From NCBI GenBank assembly GCA_017961175.1, contig JAGCXV010000003.1:16387-80386 (forward strand): a DNA stretch of 64,000 nucleotides, written 5' to 3'. This DNA is from Bacteroidales bacterium (GTDB lineage: Bacteria; Bacteroidota; Bacteroidia; Bacteroidales; UBA932). Under the pieces are notes generated by a model, which saw only the letters and a list, made by a program, of their open reading frames with translations, was not told the DNA's origin and did no database searches. The stretch's first letter is position 1. Each line of letters starts with the position of its first letter. The position numbers and the translations under genes were made by a program. Of this stretch, positions 9,501 to 18,676 are shown piece after piece.

Positions 9501-10376
9501 ATGAGACGCGCGATTTCCTTTCTGTTGCTTGCAACCGCATTGGTTGTCATTTCTTCCTGCCATAAGGAAGTGCTTTTCACACCAGGTACCGGGGCTGTGG
9601 ATTATGCCTGCCAGGGTTATTTTGAAGGCAAGTCATTGAAAGTCTACTACCATATACCGAATGGTAAAATCTCCTCAATGCCCGTACTTTTCGTGATGCA
9701 CGGAATGGACCGTAACGGAGACGATTACCGCGACCAGTGGAAAGACCTGTCAGACAAATACGGATTCATCCTGCTGGTGCCAACCTTCTCCCAAGACCAG
9801 TTCCCGGATGAGTTCTACCAGAGGGGAAATGTAATCGCGGATGATAACAAATACACCCCGGAAGACGAGAGAGTATATGTGCTTATAGATAAGGTCTTTG
9901 AGTTCTTTGTTGCCCACAGCGCCTCCAAGGCGAAGTCCTACAGCATCTACGGCCATTCCGCAGGGGGACAGTTCGTCCATCGCTTCCTTCTTTTCAACAA
10001 GACCCTTCATCTTGACAGGGCCGTTGCCGCCAACGCAGGCTGGTACACCTATCCTTCTGATACGGTTTCATACCCTTATGGAACAAAGGGAAGCAATGCA
10101 GACATCAAATCCTATTACGGCAAAAAGATGATTATCCTGCTCGGCGATGCGGACACACTCAGGAATTCATCTCTCAGGCAAACGCCTGAGACTGATGCAC
10201 AGGGCCTTACAAGACTTGCAAGAGGAAACGCCTTCTTCCGCTTCTGCAGCCAGGATGCAGAAAGGAACGGCTATACTTTCAACTGGAGGAAGGAGTACGT
10301 CAATAATGTAGGCCACTCCAATACCAAGATGGCTCCATTTGCCGCGAAACTGCTATTCGGAGAGCAACACAACTAG
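9501..10376 (+). CDS. Alpha/beta-hydrolase lipoprotein (esterase / depolymerase-like)
   Basis: Start moved to the ATG at 9501, which gives MRRAISFLLLATALVVISSC (signal peptide plus lipobox Cys). GHSAGGQF nucleophile elbow present. Confidence 0.65.
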   Translation: MRRAISFLLLATALVVISSCHKEVLFTPGTGAVDYACQGYFEGKSLKVYYHIPNGKISSMPVLFVMHGMDRNGDDYRDQWKDLSDKYGFILLVPTFSQDQFPDEFYQRGNVIADDNKYTPEDERVYVLIDKVFEFFVAHSASKAKSYSIYGHSAGGQFVHRFLLFNKTLHLDRAVAANAGWYTYPSDTVSYPYGTKGSNADIKSYYGKKMIILLGDADTLRNSSLRQTPETDAQGLTRLARGNAFFRFCSQDAERNGYTFNWRKEYVNNVGHSNTKMAPFAAKLLFGEQHN

Positions 10377-10417
10377 AGATATTATTTATATCTTTACAAT
10401 CTCAAACATTATTAGCT

Positions 10418-10813
10418 ATGGAAGTAATCAATGACCAGAATCAGAACGGCTACTACAACCAGAACCAGTATCAGCAGCCATACCAGAACCCTTATGGCTA
10501 TCAGCAGCCTAACCCGAATCAGGCTCCGCCTTTTCCTAAACCTTCTAACAATCTGGTTTGGGGTATTCTAACAACTATTTTATGCTGCCTTCCATTTGGA
10601 ATAGTTTCCATAGTATTTGCATCCAAAGTAGACTCTCTGTGGTACAGCGGAAGATATCAGGAAGCGAAGGATTCTGCCAGGAAAGCCGCAACCTGGGCAA
10701 TAGTGTCTGCTTCAATTGGCGTACTCTTCTCTATCATATATATCATTTTTGTGATATTGGCTGCCGCTAAGGGAGTTAGCTCCGGCCTTACTGATTATCT
10801 GGATATTTATTAA
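10418..10813 (+). CDS. CD225/dispanin-family membrane protein with Q/N/Y/P-rich N-terminus
   Basis: 131 aa. Motif LCCLPFGIVSIVFASKV plus a second TM helix. The N-terminal roughly 40 aa are almost only Q, N, Y and P. Confidence 0.7.
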   Translation: MEVINDQNQNGYYNQNQYQQPYQNPYGYQQPNPNQAPPFPKPSNNLVWGILTTILCCLPFGIVSIVFASKVDSLWYSGRYQEAKDSARKAATWAIVSASIGVLFSIIYIIFVILAAAKGVSSGLTDYLDIY

Positions 10814-10821
10814 CGGACCTG

Positions 10822-11223
10822 ATGGCCCGTAGGATCCGGAAGATATGGATGTGGATAATCCCTGCCGCGATTGTGGCGGCAGGGGTATTTTATTATTGTG
10901 TAAACCCGTCTGAATCTGAAATTGCTCCGAAATGCCCTATGAAGTATCTGACGGGCTGGCAATGCCCGTCCTGCGGGGGCCAGAGGGCAATACACGCCTT
11001 CCTGCACGGCAGGATCGCAGAGGCCGTATCCTATAATCTTTTCTTTGTTATCGCGATACCGCTTCTTCTGGTTATCGCCTACTCAACGCTGATGATGAAC
11101 AGGCCTAACCCTTCCAGGCTGACAGTTTCCCTATATAACTTTGCCACAAATAAATACACACTGATGACCTATGTGGCACTCTATCTCATCTGGTGGGTTG
11201 TCAGAAATCTGCTCGGAATCTGA
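10822..11223 (+). CDS. DUF2752 membrane protein
   Basis: 133 aa with the CPMKYLTGWQCPSCGGQRA motif typical of DUF2752. Lies 8 nt after the CD225 gene. Confidence 0.7.
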   Translation: MARRIRKIWMWIIPAAIVAAGVFYYCVNPSESEIAPKCPMKYLTGWQCPSCGGQRAIHAFLHGRIAEAVSYNLFFVIAIPLLLVIAYSTLMMNRPNPSRLTVSLYNFATNKYTLMTYVALYLIWWVVRNLLGI

Positions 11224-11224
11224 A

Positions 11225-11662
11225 TTACTCCTGGAAAGGAGCATAGATCATCTTCTCCCCGGCCAGAGTCTTGCGCATGGAAACCAGATTTCCCTCAGTA
11301 AAGTCAAAAAACTCCGTTGTTCCGTCTTCAAATGTGATTGTAACCACATTACGCTTGATGCGGTATGTGCCCTTCTCAGAACTGTTGGACTCCCAGCCCG
11401 GCACGGTCGGAACCTCTCCGTTTGGATTCATATACATAGCCGGATGCGATGGCATATAAGAATTGCGGGTCTTGACAACATCCTTGTCTGTAGTGAATTC
11501 CAGGGTATAGGTAGTGGTTTCTGTTCCGGCATCAGCCACAAACATTTTCTCCACATACTGCCATTTCGTTCCCTTAAGCTTGAGTTTCTTTCCATCCATA
11601 CTCATAAACACCAGAGATGCGCCCATAACGAGCAGCAAAACTATAAATAATCTGTATCTCAT
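11225..11662 (-). CDS. Exported hypothetical protein
   Basis: 145 aa with an N-terminal hydrophobic signal/anchor (LFIVLLLVMGASLVFM). No family recognised. Confidence 0.55.
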   Translation of the reverse strand: MRYRLFIVLLLVMGASLVFMSMDGKKLKLKGTKWQYVEKMFVADAGTETTTYTLEFTTDKDVVKTRNSYMPSHPAMYMNPNGEVPTVPGWESNSSEKGTYRIKRNVVTITFEDGTTEFFDFTEGNLVSMRKTLAGEKMIYAPFQE

Positions 11663-11666
11663 AACC

Positions 11667-12452
11667 TTACATTGTAATTTCAGTTAATCCGTCGAGGCTC
11701 ATGATCAGACCCTCATAATCAGGTTCTGCTGAAAAAGCGGTCACTTCAAATGCCTTGCCTTCATTGAAAACCTTGCCATTGTTCTTCAAAATGCTCCACT
11801 TATAGTATGGGAGACCGTTCTCCTTGTCGATATGCATTATGGTCTTGCCCCAGACTTCGGCAACAGCGTTCTTTTCTGACTTTTCCTTAGTAATGATGTA
11901 TGCAGGACGTCCGAAAATAACCGTATCCCTTACAGTTGTACCCTCTTCTCCCTTATTAATTTTCTGGCCGAATACAGTGTTGCTCATTTGGTCCTTAAGA
12001 TACTTGTAAACAGCATCATCCATGCTATTAAAGCCTGACTTTTCGTTTCTCTTGATGAAAGTTTTCTTCTCATTGCCTATCGTATAGAGAGTACGGGTAG
12101 AGTCGGTAAATACAAAAAGGTTTGTCATGCCACTGCCCTCTGACACGCCGATTACTATGTTTCCCTTGCGGGCGTAGGTTCTTTCCATACTTGCGTTTCC
12201 GACATACATCTTCTCGGTCAGTACGAAATCGTGCTTCCACCATTCGTTGTTATCTTCCTTGGTGGCCTCGGTTTCTGCAGGAGCTTGCTCTTCTGCCTTT
12301 GCAACTTCCTGCTGAGGAGCTTGTTCTTCAGCAATTTCTTCTGTCTTCTGGTCAGTTTCCTGGTCAGTGTTCTGGTTGGCGTTCCCGCCACCGCAAGAGC
12401 TTACCATAAGAAGGCTCGCAATTCCAATCAAAGAATAAAAGATTGTTTTCAT
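11667..12452 (-). CDS. Hypothetical lipoprotein with E/Q/A-rich linker
   Basis: 261 aa. Signal peptide plus lipobox (LLMVSSCGGG), then a low-complexity acidic linker. Confidence 0.6.
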   Translation of the reverse strand: MKTIFYSLIGIASLLMVSSCGGGNANQNTDQETDQKTEEIAEEQAPQQEVAKAEEQAPAETEATKEDNNEWWKHDFVLTEKMYVGNASMERTYARKGNIVIGVSEGSGMTNLFVFTDSTRTLYTIGNEKKTFIKRNEKSGFNSMDDAVYKYLKDQMSNTVFGQKINKGEEGTTVRDTVIFGRPAYIITKEKSEKNAVAEVWGKTIMHIDKENGLPYYKWSILKNNGKVFNEGKAFEVTAFSAEPDYEGLIMSLDGLTEITM

Positions 12453-12468
12453 AATACTGTGTTATATA

Positions 12469-14217
12469 TCATCGATTATTACGTTTTTCACGTCTTTCCT
12501 CACGCTTTTCCTGCCGCTTTTCACGTTTCTGCTCTATGCGCTCCTTAATGCCTTCCTTCTTATCCTTGATGCGCTGGACGACATTTTCCTTTAAGTTCTT
12601 GCCTTTCAGTTTCTGCGCTTCCTTGTAAACCAGAGCGTTCAGGACAGTCTGCTCCACTCCGTTCAAGAGCGTGGAAACTATATACGCCCCATAATTCTTC
12701 ATCGGGTCTCTCTTTGCCCCTATCGTGCAGGAAAACGGCTCTTTCTTGAACTTTCTCGGGTTCTGCCTGTGGATGATGCCTCCCTCCAGCGCACCTATGG
12801 CTTTACCGTGCTTTGCAAGGAAGGCAACCGGTGTCTTTTCAATGTCAACCTCCATCTTCAGATTGTCATACAGAAGGCAGAAGTCTCCCTTGGTGGAAAA
12901 CTTGTTGCCTGAGAATGAGGTCTTCAGACTCTGTATGTTTCCTGTCGCCGATGCACCGAAAAGCGGTTTCAAGAGGCTTCCGAAGTCACCGATATCGACA
13001 TTTTTCACGCTTCCGCTCAAGGTAAATGAACAATTGCCGTCGTTTTTCAGGTGGAGGGTAACTTCTCCGTGCCCCTTCCCCATATGCGGAGTAATATGGA
13101 ATACCGTCGTATGATCTTGTTCATTGGAGAAATCTTTGATTTTAAGCCCCATATCGTGAAAACTAAGCAATCCGGCCGAGCCTTCGGGGCGCCTTATCTC
13201 CATATTGTAATAAGGAAGCCTTATGTCAATGATTCCTATACGGACCGGCAGGGGAATCCTGAGAATAGACTCCTGCGGCATCGGGAACGCCTTCTTCGGC
13301 TGATACCTTGCATCGCGATAGGAAGTGAGCTTGTCTCCTTCTATAATGACACTGTCTATCTGGATATTTTTCTGGAGAACCGTCCGTACAAGATTAACGG
13401 GCGATGTATGTAACTTCTTGGCGCTGAAGTCCGACCAGGTTACAGGAACCTTGCCCCTGGCAGCTGCAAGGTGGGTTTTGTGGATAGTGTTCCTTCCGTG
13501 GAAGCCTTTCAGGAACACGCCTCCAGCATACTCGGTTTCCAAATTGTCCACATCGAGGCGGTAAAGGCTGTCCGCAGAGGTGTAGGCAATCCCTGAAGCA
13601 GAGAGTACATATAGAGAGTCATAATATGCCAACTTCTTGTCTTCCAGATTATAGGAGATGTCAAAAACAGAAAGGTCGATGTCCTTGACAGAAAGATCCA
13701 GCTTGCTGTCTACCTTTCTCAAAATAACGGAAGCGTCATTGACAGACACCTTCTTTACCCCAACATTCCGGACATACTTCACAATGCCGCCCTTTTCGTC
13801 GGAGAGATTTACAATTGAATCCTTTACCGCTTCCTGAACAACTGTATCGGCACGCTGGAGATGAAATGACAGCTCTGGATTGTTAATCGCGATATAATCC
13901 AAATCCGCCTGCCCGTCCTTCCAGATGCGCCAAGGCTTGACCGGCCCGGCCTTAAGGCTTTTGACGGAAGCGGAAATGCCCTTTTGAGGATAGCTGAATC
14001 TCACATCCCGGACTTCCAGTTTCCCGGAAGATAGGCTGAAATCCATTCGGGAGTAATCCAGACTGATGGAAGAAGTGTCGCTGAAATGCTTCCTAATCAT
14101 CCTGTCAGCAGCCCCGGTAATAATGGTATCCGCGTAATTGTCAAATACATAGAACAATGCTGCGGCAACTCCCGCCAATGCGGCCAGCCATACAAGTATT
14201 TTGGAACTGCGAGCCAT
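12469..14217 (-). CDS. N-terminally anchored hypothetical protein (AsmA/DUF748-like?) with K/E/R-rich C-terminal tail
   Basis: 582 aa. One N-terminal TM helix and a beta-rich body. The tail reads KDKKEGIKERIEQKREKRQEKREERREKRNNR. The family guess is weak. Confidence 0.5.
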   Translation of the reverse strand: MARSSKILVWLAALAGVAAALFYVFDNYADTIITGAADRMIRKHFSDTSSISLDYSRMDFSLSSGKLEVRDVRFSYPQKGISASVKSLKAGPVKPWRIWKDGQADLDYIAINNPELSFHLQRADTVVQEAVKDSIVNLSDEKGGIVKYVRNVGVKKVSVNDASVILRKVDSKLDLSVKDIDLSVFDISYNLEDKKLAYYDSLYVLSASGIAYTSADSLYRLDVDNLETEYAGGVFLKGFHGRNTIHKTHLAAARGKVPVTWSDFSAKKLHTSPVNLVRTVLQKNIQIDSVIIEGDKLTSYRDARYQPKKAFPMPQESILRIPLPVRIGIIDIRLPYYNMEIRRPEGSAGLLSFHDMGLKIKDFSNEQDHTTVFHITPHMGKGHGEVTLHLKNDGNCSFTLSGSVKNVDIGDFGSLLKPLFGASATGNIQSLKTSFSGNKFSTKGDFCLLYDNLKMEVDIEKTPVAFLAKHGKAIGALEGGIIHRQNPRKFKKEPFSCTIGAKRDPMKNYGAYIVSTLLNGVEQTVLNALVYKEAQKLKGKNLKENVVQRIKDKKEGIKERIEQKREKRQEKREERREKRNNR

Positions 14218-14292
14218 TTCAGGATAAGGAACAAACTTATTCTCCGTAAAGTTATAAAGAAAACTCCATTTTCATATTAAACGGGAGGTTGT

Positions 14293-14300
14293 TATATTTG
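14293..14300 (+). promoter_or_regulatory. Bacteroidota -7 promoter box TATATTTG upstream of the first C69 dipeptidase
   Basis: Exact TAnnTTTG match 29 nt before the ATG at 14330. The -33 position has TTTC (near match) at 19-nt spacing. Confidence 0.4.
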
Positions 14301-14329
14301 TTGGAAGAAATGATTTATCTGACTGGCTT

Positions 14330-15964
14330 ATGAAAGGTTTCTTATTCTCCCTGAAAGGTCTTTTGGCCGCGATTCTTGTATGCGGCAGTGTTTCCGCCTA
14401 TTCTCAAGTTGTTCCCTATCTTCCTGATGATGAGGACGTAAAGGAAAGCTGTACCTCCATTGTGGTGGGCAGGCTGGCATCTGATGACGGGTCTGTAATG
14501 ACGGCCCATACCTGCGACGCAAACTACAGGACATGGGTAACCATGGAACCCCGGAAGGTGTTTGCCGGAGGAGTGGACGAGATACGATGGGGACTTCTGC
14601 ACACTGAAGAACCGCATGATTTCAGGAATACGGAAGTGAAAGGATCTGTTCCGGCACCTGAAGGAGAAACGTTCCGGTTCCTGAACGTGGCCTACCCTTG
14701 TATGAACGAAAAGCAGCTGGCGATGGGAGAAACCACCACCGACGGAAAGAGGGAACTGGTAAATAAGGAAGGAATGTTCCAGATAGAGGAACTGGAAAGA
14801 ATCGCCCTCCAGAGATGCTCCACCGCACGAGATGCCATCAAGCTAATGGGCAGACTCGCAGAGGAATACGGCTATGGAGACTGGGGAGAGGCCCTGACCG
14901 TGATAGACAAGAAGGAAGCCTGGCTGTTTGAGATATACGGAAGCGGAAAAAGCGGTAAGAAGCCGGGAGCTCTGTGGGCAGCACAGAGAATCCCGGATGA
15001 CCACGTCTGCATAAGCGCCAACGTCCCGAGAATCGGAGTGATAGACTTTAACAATCCGGACAAGTTCATGTATGCCTCTGACATCAGGGAAAGATGCAAG
15101 GAACTGGGCCTGTGGGACGGAAAGTCTCCTTTCAAGTTCTGGCCGATGGTAACCACCTACAAGAGCAATTTCTATTACAGGGAGTACTTCGTTCTGAACG
15201 CCGTGGCTCCGAGCCTTGGACTCAAGTTCGAGGACGAGGAAATGCCTTTCTCCGTTAAGCCGGACGAGAAGATAAGCGCCCAGAGGATGTTCGAGCTTTA
15301 CAGGGAAACCTACGACGGAACTGACTTTGACCAGGTTAAGGACCTCAAGGTAGAGGTAAAAAGAAGAATCCGGAACGCTGACGGAGAGACGATAACGGTA
15401 ACGGACACCACCGCCCCTATCAGCACTTTTATGACAACAGACACCCGTAAGCTGCTCAACGAGCTGAAGCCGGGATGTGCCCCTCAGATAAGGACGATTG
15501 CAGTTATACAGTGCTCATATTCAGAGATAATCAAGCTCAGGGGCTGGCTCCCGGACGAAGTGGGAGGAGTGGCATACTTTGCATTTGACAATCCTGCGCA
15601 GACACCGAGGGTGCCTATCTATGCCGGCCAGACTGAACTCCCTAAGGGATTTAACGTTTGCGGCCAGAAACGCTACCGCAAGGATGCCGCGATATGGCGC
15701 TTCAGGGAAACCAACAGAGTGGCTACGATCGGCTGGGACAGGACCAAGGGACAGATCAGAAAAGCCCTCGCCGAGTATGACAGGATGATATTCGAAGACA
15801 CTCCGGAGCTGGAAAAGAAGGCTGTGGAACTGATAAAGGCAGGAAAGAAAGAAGAGGCTGTTGAACTTCTCAACGGATACTGCAGCCGCCTGAGCGCGTC
15901 CGAGCAGAGAACCTGGGAAGAACTCAGGGAGGAATTCTGGAGTATTTTCGCAAGGAGCCTCTAA
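14330..15964 (+). CDS. Secreted C69-family dipeptidase, copy 1
   Basis: 544 aa. Signal peptide, then the CTSIVVGRLASDDGSVMTAHTCD nucleophile region typical of peptidase C69. Confidence 0.8.
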   Translation: MKGFLFSLKGLLAAILVCGSVSAYSQVVPYLPDDEDVKESCTSIVVGRLASDDGSVMTAHTCDANYRTWVTMEPRKVFAGGVDEIRWGLLHTEEPHDFRNTEVKGSVPAPEGETFRFLNVAYPCMNEKQLAMGETTTDGKRELVNKEGMFQIEELERIALQRCSTARDAIKLMGRLAEEYGYGDWGEALTVIDKKEAWLFEIYGSGKSGKKPGALWAAQRIPDDHVCISANVPRIGVIDFNNPDKFMYASDIRERCKELGLWDGKSPFKFWPMVTTYKSNFYYREYFVLNAVAPSLGLKFEDEEMPFSVKPDEKISAQRMFELYRETYDGTDFDQVKDLKVEVKRRIRNADGETITVTDTTAPISTFMTTDTRKLLNELKPGCAPQIRTIAVIQCSYSEIIKLRGWLPDEVGGVAYFAFDNPAQTPRVPIYAGQTELPKGFNVCGQKRYRKDAAIWRFRETNRVATIGWDRTKGQIRKALAEYDRMIFEDTPELEKKAVELIKAGKKEEAVELLNGYCSRLSASEQRTWEELREEFWSIFARSL

Positions 15965-15973
15965 TCCATCGCG

Positions 15974-17569
15974 ATGAAAAAAGCATTATTTATCACACTA
16001 TTGGCGTTCTTCTCCACCCTGGCCTACGGGCAGGAGAATGCCTGCACATCCATTGTCGTTGGAAAGGGAGCTTCTGACGACGGGTCTGTGATGACAGCTC
16101 ATACCTGTGATTCCAACTTCAGAACCTGGCTCACTATGGAGCCGAGAAAGACATTTGCACCAGGTGCCCGGGATGAAATCCGCTGGGGACTGATGCACAC
16201 GGAAGAGCCGTACGACACAAGAGACGTTGAGGTAAAAGGGTCTATTCCAGCACCTTCCCAGGAAACCTTCCAGTTCATGAACGTGGCCTACCCTTGCATG
16301 AACGAAAAGCAGCTGGCAATCGGAGAAACCACTACGGAAGGCCGCCAGGACCTGCGGCGGGGGGATGCACTGTTCCTTATAGAAGAACTGGAAAGAGTGG
16401 CTCTTCAGCGATGCTCTACGGCAAGGGATGCCATTCGCCTGATGGGAAGCCTGGCAGAAGAATACGGCTTTGCAGACAACGGAGAATGCCTTACCGTCAT
16501 TGACAAGAAAGAAGCCTGGTTCTTTGAGATCTACGGAAGCGGAAAAAGTGGCAGGAAGCCTGGTGCACTGTGGGTTGCTCAAAGGATTCCGGATGATCAC
16601 GTTGGCATCAGCGCCAATGTGCCGAGGATTGGAATCGTGGATTTTAAGGATCCCGATAACTTCATGTGGGGCTCTGACCTCAGGGAAAGATGCAAGGAAC
16701 TTGGGCTATGGGACGGAAAGTCTCCTTTCAAGTTCTACAAGATGGTTTCCGAGGAGGGTGAAAAGGGAAAGAACTTCTCACACAGGGAAGTCTTCGTATT
16801 CAATACACTGGCTCCAAGCCTGGCTCTCAGCATGAGTGACGAGGAGATTCCTTTCAGCATCAAGCCGGAGAAGAAAGTCAGCGCAAGTCAGATGTTCCAA
16901 CTCTACAGGTCTACGTACGAAGGGACTGAATTCGACATGCTCAAGAACCTGAACACGGAAGTCAAGAGATGGATCAGGAACGAAAACGGAGAACTTGTAA
17001 CCGTCTCAGACACAACCTGCCCGGTAAGTCCGTACATGACGAATGCAATGCGCTCCCTGCTCAACAACCTTAAGCCCGGAACAGTTTCATGGGCATATAC
17101 GATTTCTGTGATTCAGTGCTCGTATTCAGAGATAATCAAACTCCGCGACTGGATGCCGGACGAGGTGGGAGGAGTTGCCTACTTTGCCTTCGACATACCA
17201 GCCCTGACTCCGAGAGTGCCTATTTACGCAGGTCAGACCAAACTACCGGCCGGATTTGACGTATGCGGCCAGAAACGCTACCGCAAGGATGCCGCAATAT
17301 GGCGTTTCAGGGAAACCAACCGTCTTGCTGCATTCGGATGGAACAGGACAGCCGAGAGGATGAAAAAAGCCCTCGCCGAGTATGACAGGATAATATTTGA
17401 AGACGCTCCCGAGCTGGAAAAGAAGGCAGTGGAACTGATCAAGTCAGGAAAGAAGGAGGAAGCTATTGAACTCCTCAACGGATACTGCAGCCGCCTGAGC
17501 GCGTCCGAGCAGAAAACCTGGGAAGAACTCAAGGAGGAATTCTGGGGTATTTTCGCAAGAAGTTTGTAA
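15974..17569 (+). CDS. Secreted C69-family dipeptidase, copy 2 (tandem paralogue)
   Basis: 531 aa with signal peptide and ACTSIVVGKGASDDGSVMTAHTCD. Collinear with copy 1 along its whole length. Confidence 0.8.
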   Translation: MKKALFITLLAFFSTLAYGQENACTSIVVGKGASDDGSVMTAHTCDSNFRTWLTMEPRKTFAPGARDEIRWGLMHTEEPYDTRDVEVKGSIPAPSQETFQFMNVAYPCMNEKQLAIGETTTEGRQDLRRGDALFLIEELERVALQRCSTARDAIRLMGSLAEEYGFADNGECLTVIDKKEAWFFEIYGSGKSGRKPGALWVAQRIPDDHVGISANVPRIGIVDFKDPDNFMWGSDLRERCKELGLWDGKSPFKFYKMVSEEGEKGKNFSHREVFVFNTLAPSLALSMSDEEIPFSIKPEKKVSASQMFQLYRSTYEGTEFDMLKNLNTEVKRWIRNENGELVTVSDTTCPVSPYMTNAMRSLLNNLKPGTVSWAYTISVIQCSYSEIIKLRDWMPDEVGGVAYFAFDIPALTPRVPIYAGQTKLPAGFDVCGQKRYRKDAAIWRFRETNRLAAFGWNRTAERMKKALAEYDRIIFEDAPELEKKAVELIKSGKKEEAIELLNGYCSRLSASEQKTWEELKEEFWGIFARSL

Positions 17570-17599
17570 CTTTGAAGCCCGAAAAGACACTCATCTGCG

Positions 17600-18676
17600 A
17601 TGAAATCAGACAACAGAATAAAACTTGTATTGGAGAATGGCCTTGAATTTCAGGGCTATTCTTTTGGGTATCAGAAGAGTGCTGAGGGAGAAGTGGTATT
17701 CAACACCGCAATGGTGGGATACCCTGAAAGCCTCACGGATCCGTCTTATTCCGGGCAGATACTCTGCATTACCTACCCTATTATCGGAAACTACGGAGTA
17801 CCTGAAGACCGGGTGGACGAATATGGAATATCCAAGGTCTTTGAATCTGACAGGATTCACGTCAGGGGACTGGTGATTTCCTGTTACTCGGAGAACTACA
17901 GCCACTGGGATTCTGCCCAGAGCCTGGACCAGTGGATGAAAAGCCATAAGATTCCTGGAATCTACGGAGTTGACACAAGGGAACTTACAAAGGTGCTGAG
18001 GGAAAACGGCGCGATGCTGGGAAGGATAGTGCCTGAGGGAAGCCGCAAGAAAGGACCTGTCGCCGACCCTAATCTGGATAACCAGGTGGATATCGTCTCC
18101 TGCAAGGATGTAAATGTCTACGGGCAGGGAACCAAACGGGTTGTTCTGGTGGATTGCGGAGTAAAGAACAACATACTCAGATGCCTGATAAACAGAAATG
18201 TGGAAGTGATCAGGGTTCCTTGGGACTATGACTTCAACATTCTGGAATGGGACGGCCTGTTCATATCAAACGGCCCGGGAAACCCTGAGCTTTGCACCAA
18301 GGCCGTGGAGCATCTTAAGGTCGCGATGAAGGGAGATAAGCCGATCTTCGGCATCTGCATGGGCAACCAGCTGATGGCAAGGGCCGCCGGAGCGAAGACC
18401 TACAAGCTCAAATACGGACACCGCAGCCACAACCAGCCGGTAAGGATGCTGGGAACTGACTGCTGTTTTGTAACCAGCCAGAACCACGGATTCGCCGTGG
18501 ACGACAGCACGCTGGACAAGGACTGGGAACCACTGTTCGTGAACATGAACGACGGCACCAACGAGGGCATCCGCCACAAGAAGAAACCTTTCTTCTCCGC
18601 CCAGTTCCATCCTGAGGCCACAAGCGGCCCGACAGACACAGAATTTTTGTTTGACCAGTTCATAAACCTCCTGTAA
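17600..18676 (+). CDS. carA: Carbamoyl-phosphate synthase small (glutaminase) subunit
   Basis: 358 aa with the GICMGNQL catalytic Cys motif. Immediately followed by carB. Confidence 0.92.
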   Translation: MKSDNRIKLVLENGLEFQGYSFGYQKSAEGEVVFNTAMVGYPESLTDPSYSGQILCITYPIIGNYGVPEDRVDEYGISKVFESDRIHVRGLVISCYSENYSHWDSAQSLDQWMKSHKIPGIYGVDTRELTKVLRENGAMLGRIVPEGSRKKGPVADPNLDNQVDIVSCKDVNVYGQGTKRVVLVDCGVKNNILRCLINRNVEVIRVPWDYDFNILEWDGLFISNGPGNPELCTKAVEHLKVAMKGDKPIFGICMGNQLMARAAGAKTYKLKYGHRSHNQPVRMLGTDCCFVTSQNHGFAVDDSTLDKDWEPLFVNMNDGTNEGIRHKKKPFFSAQFHPEATSGPTDTEFLFDQFINLL

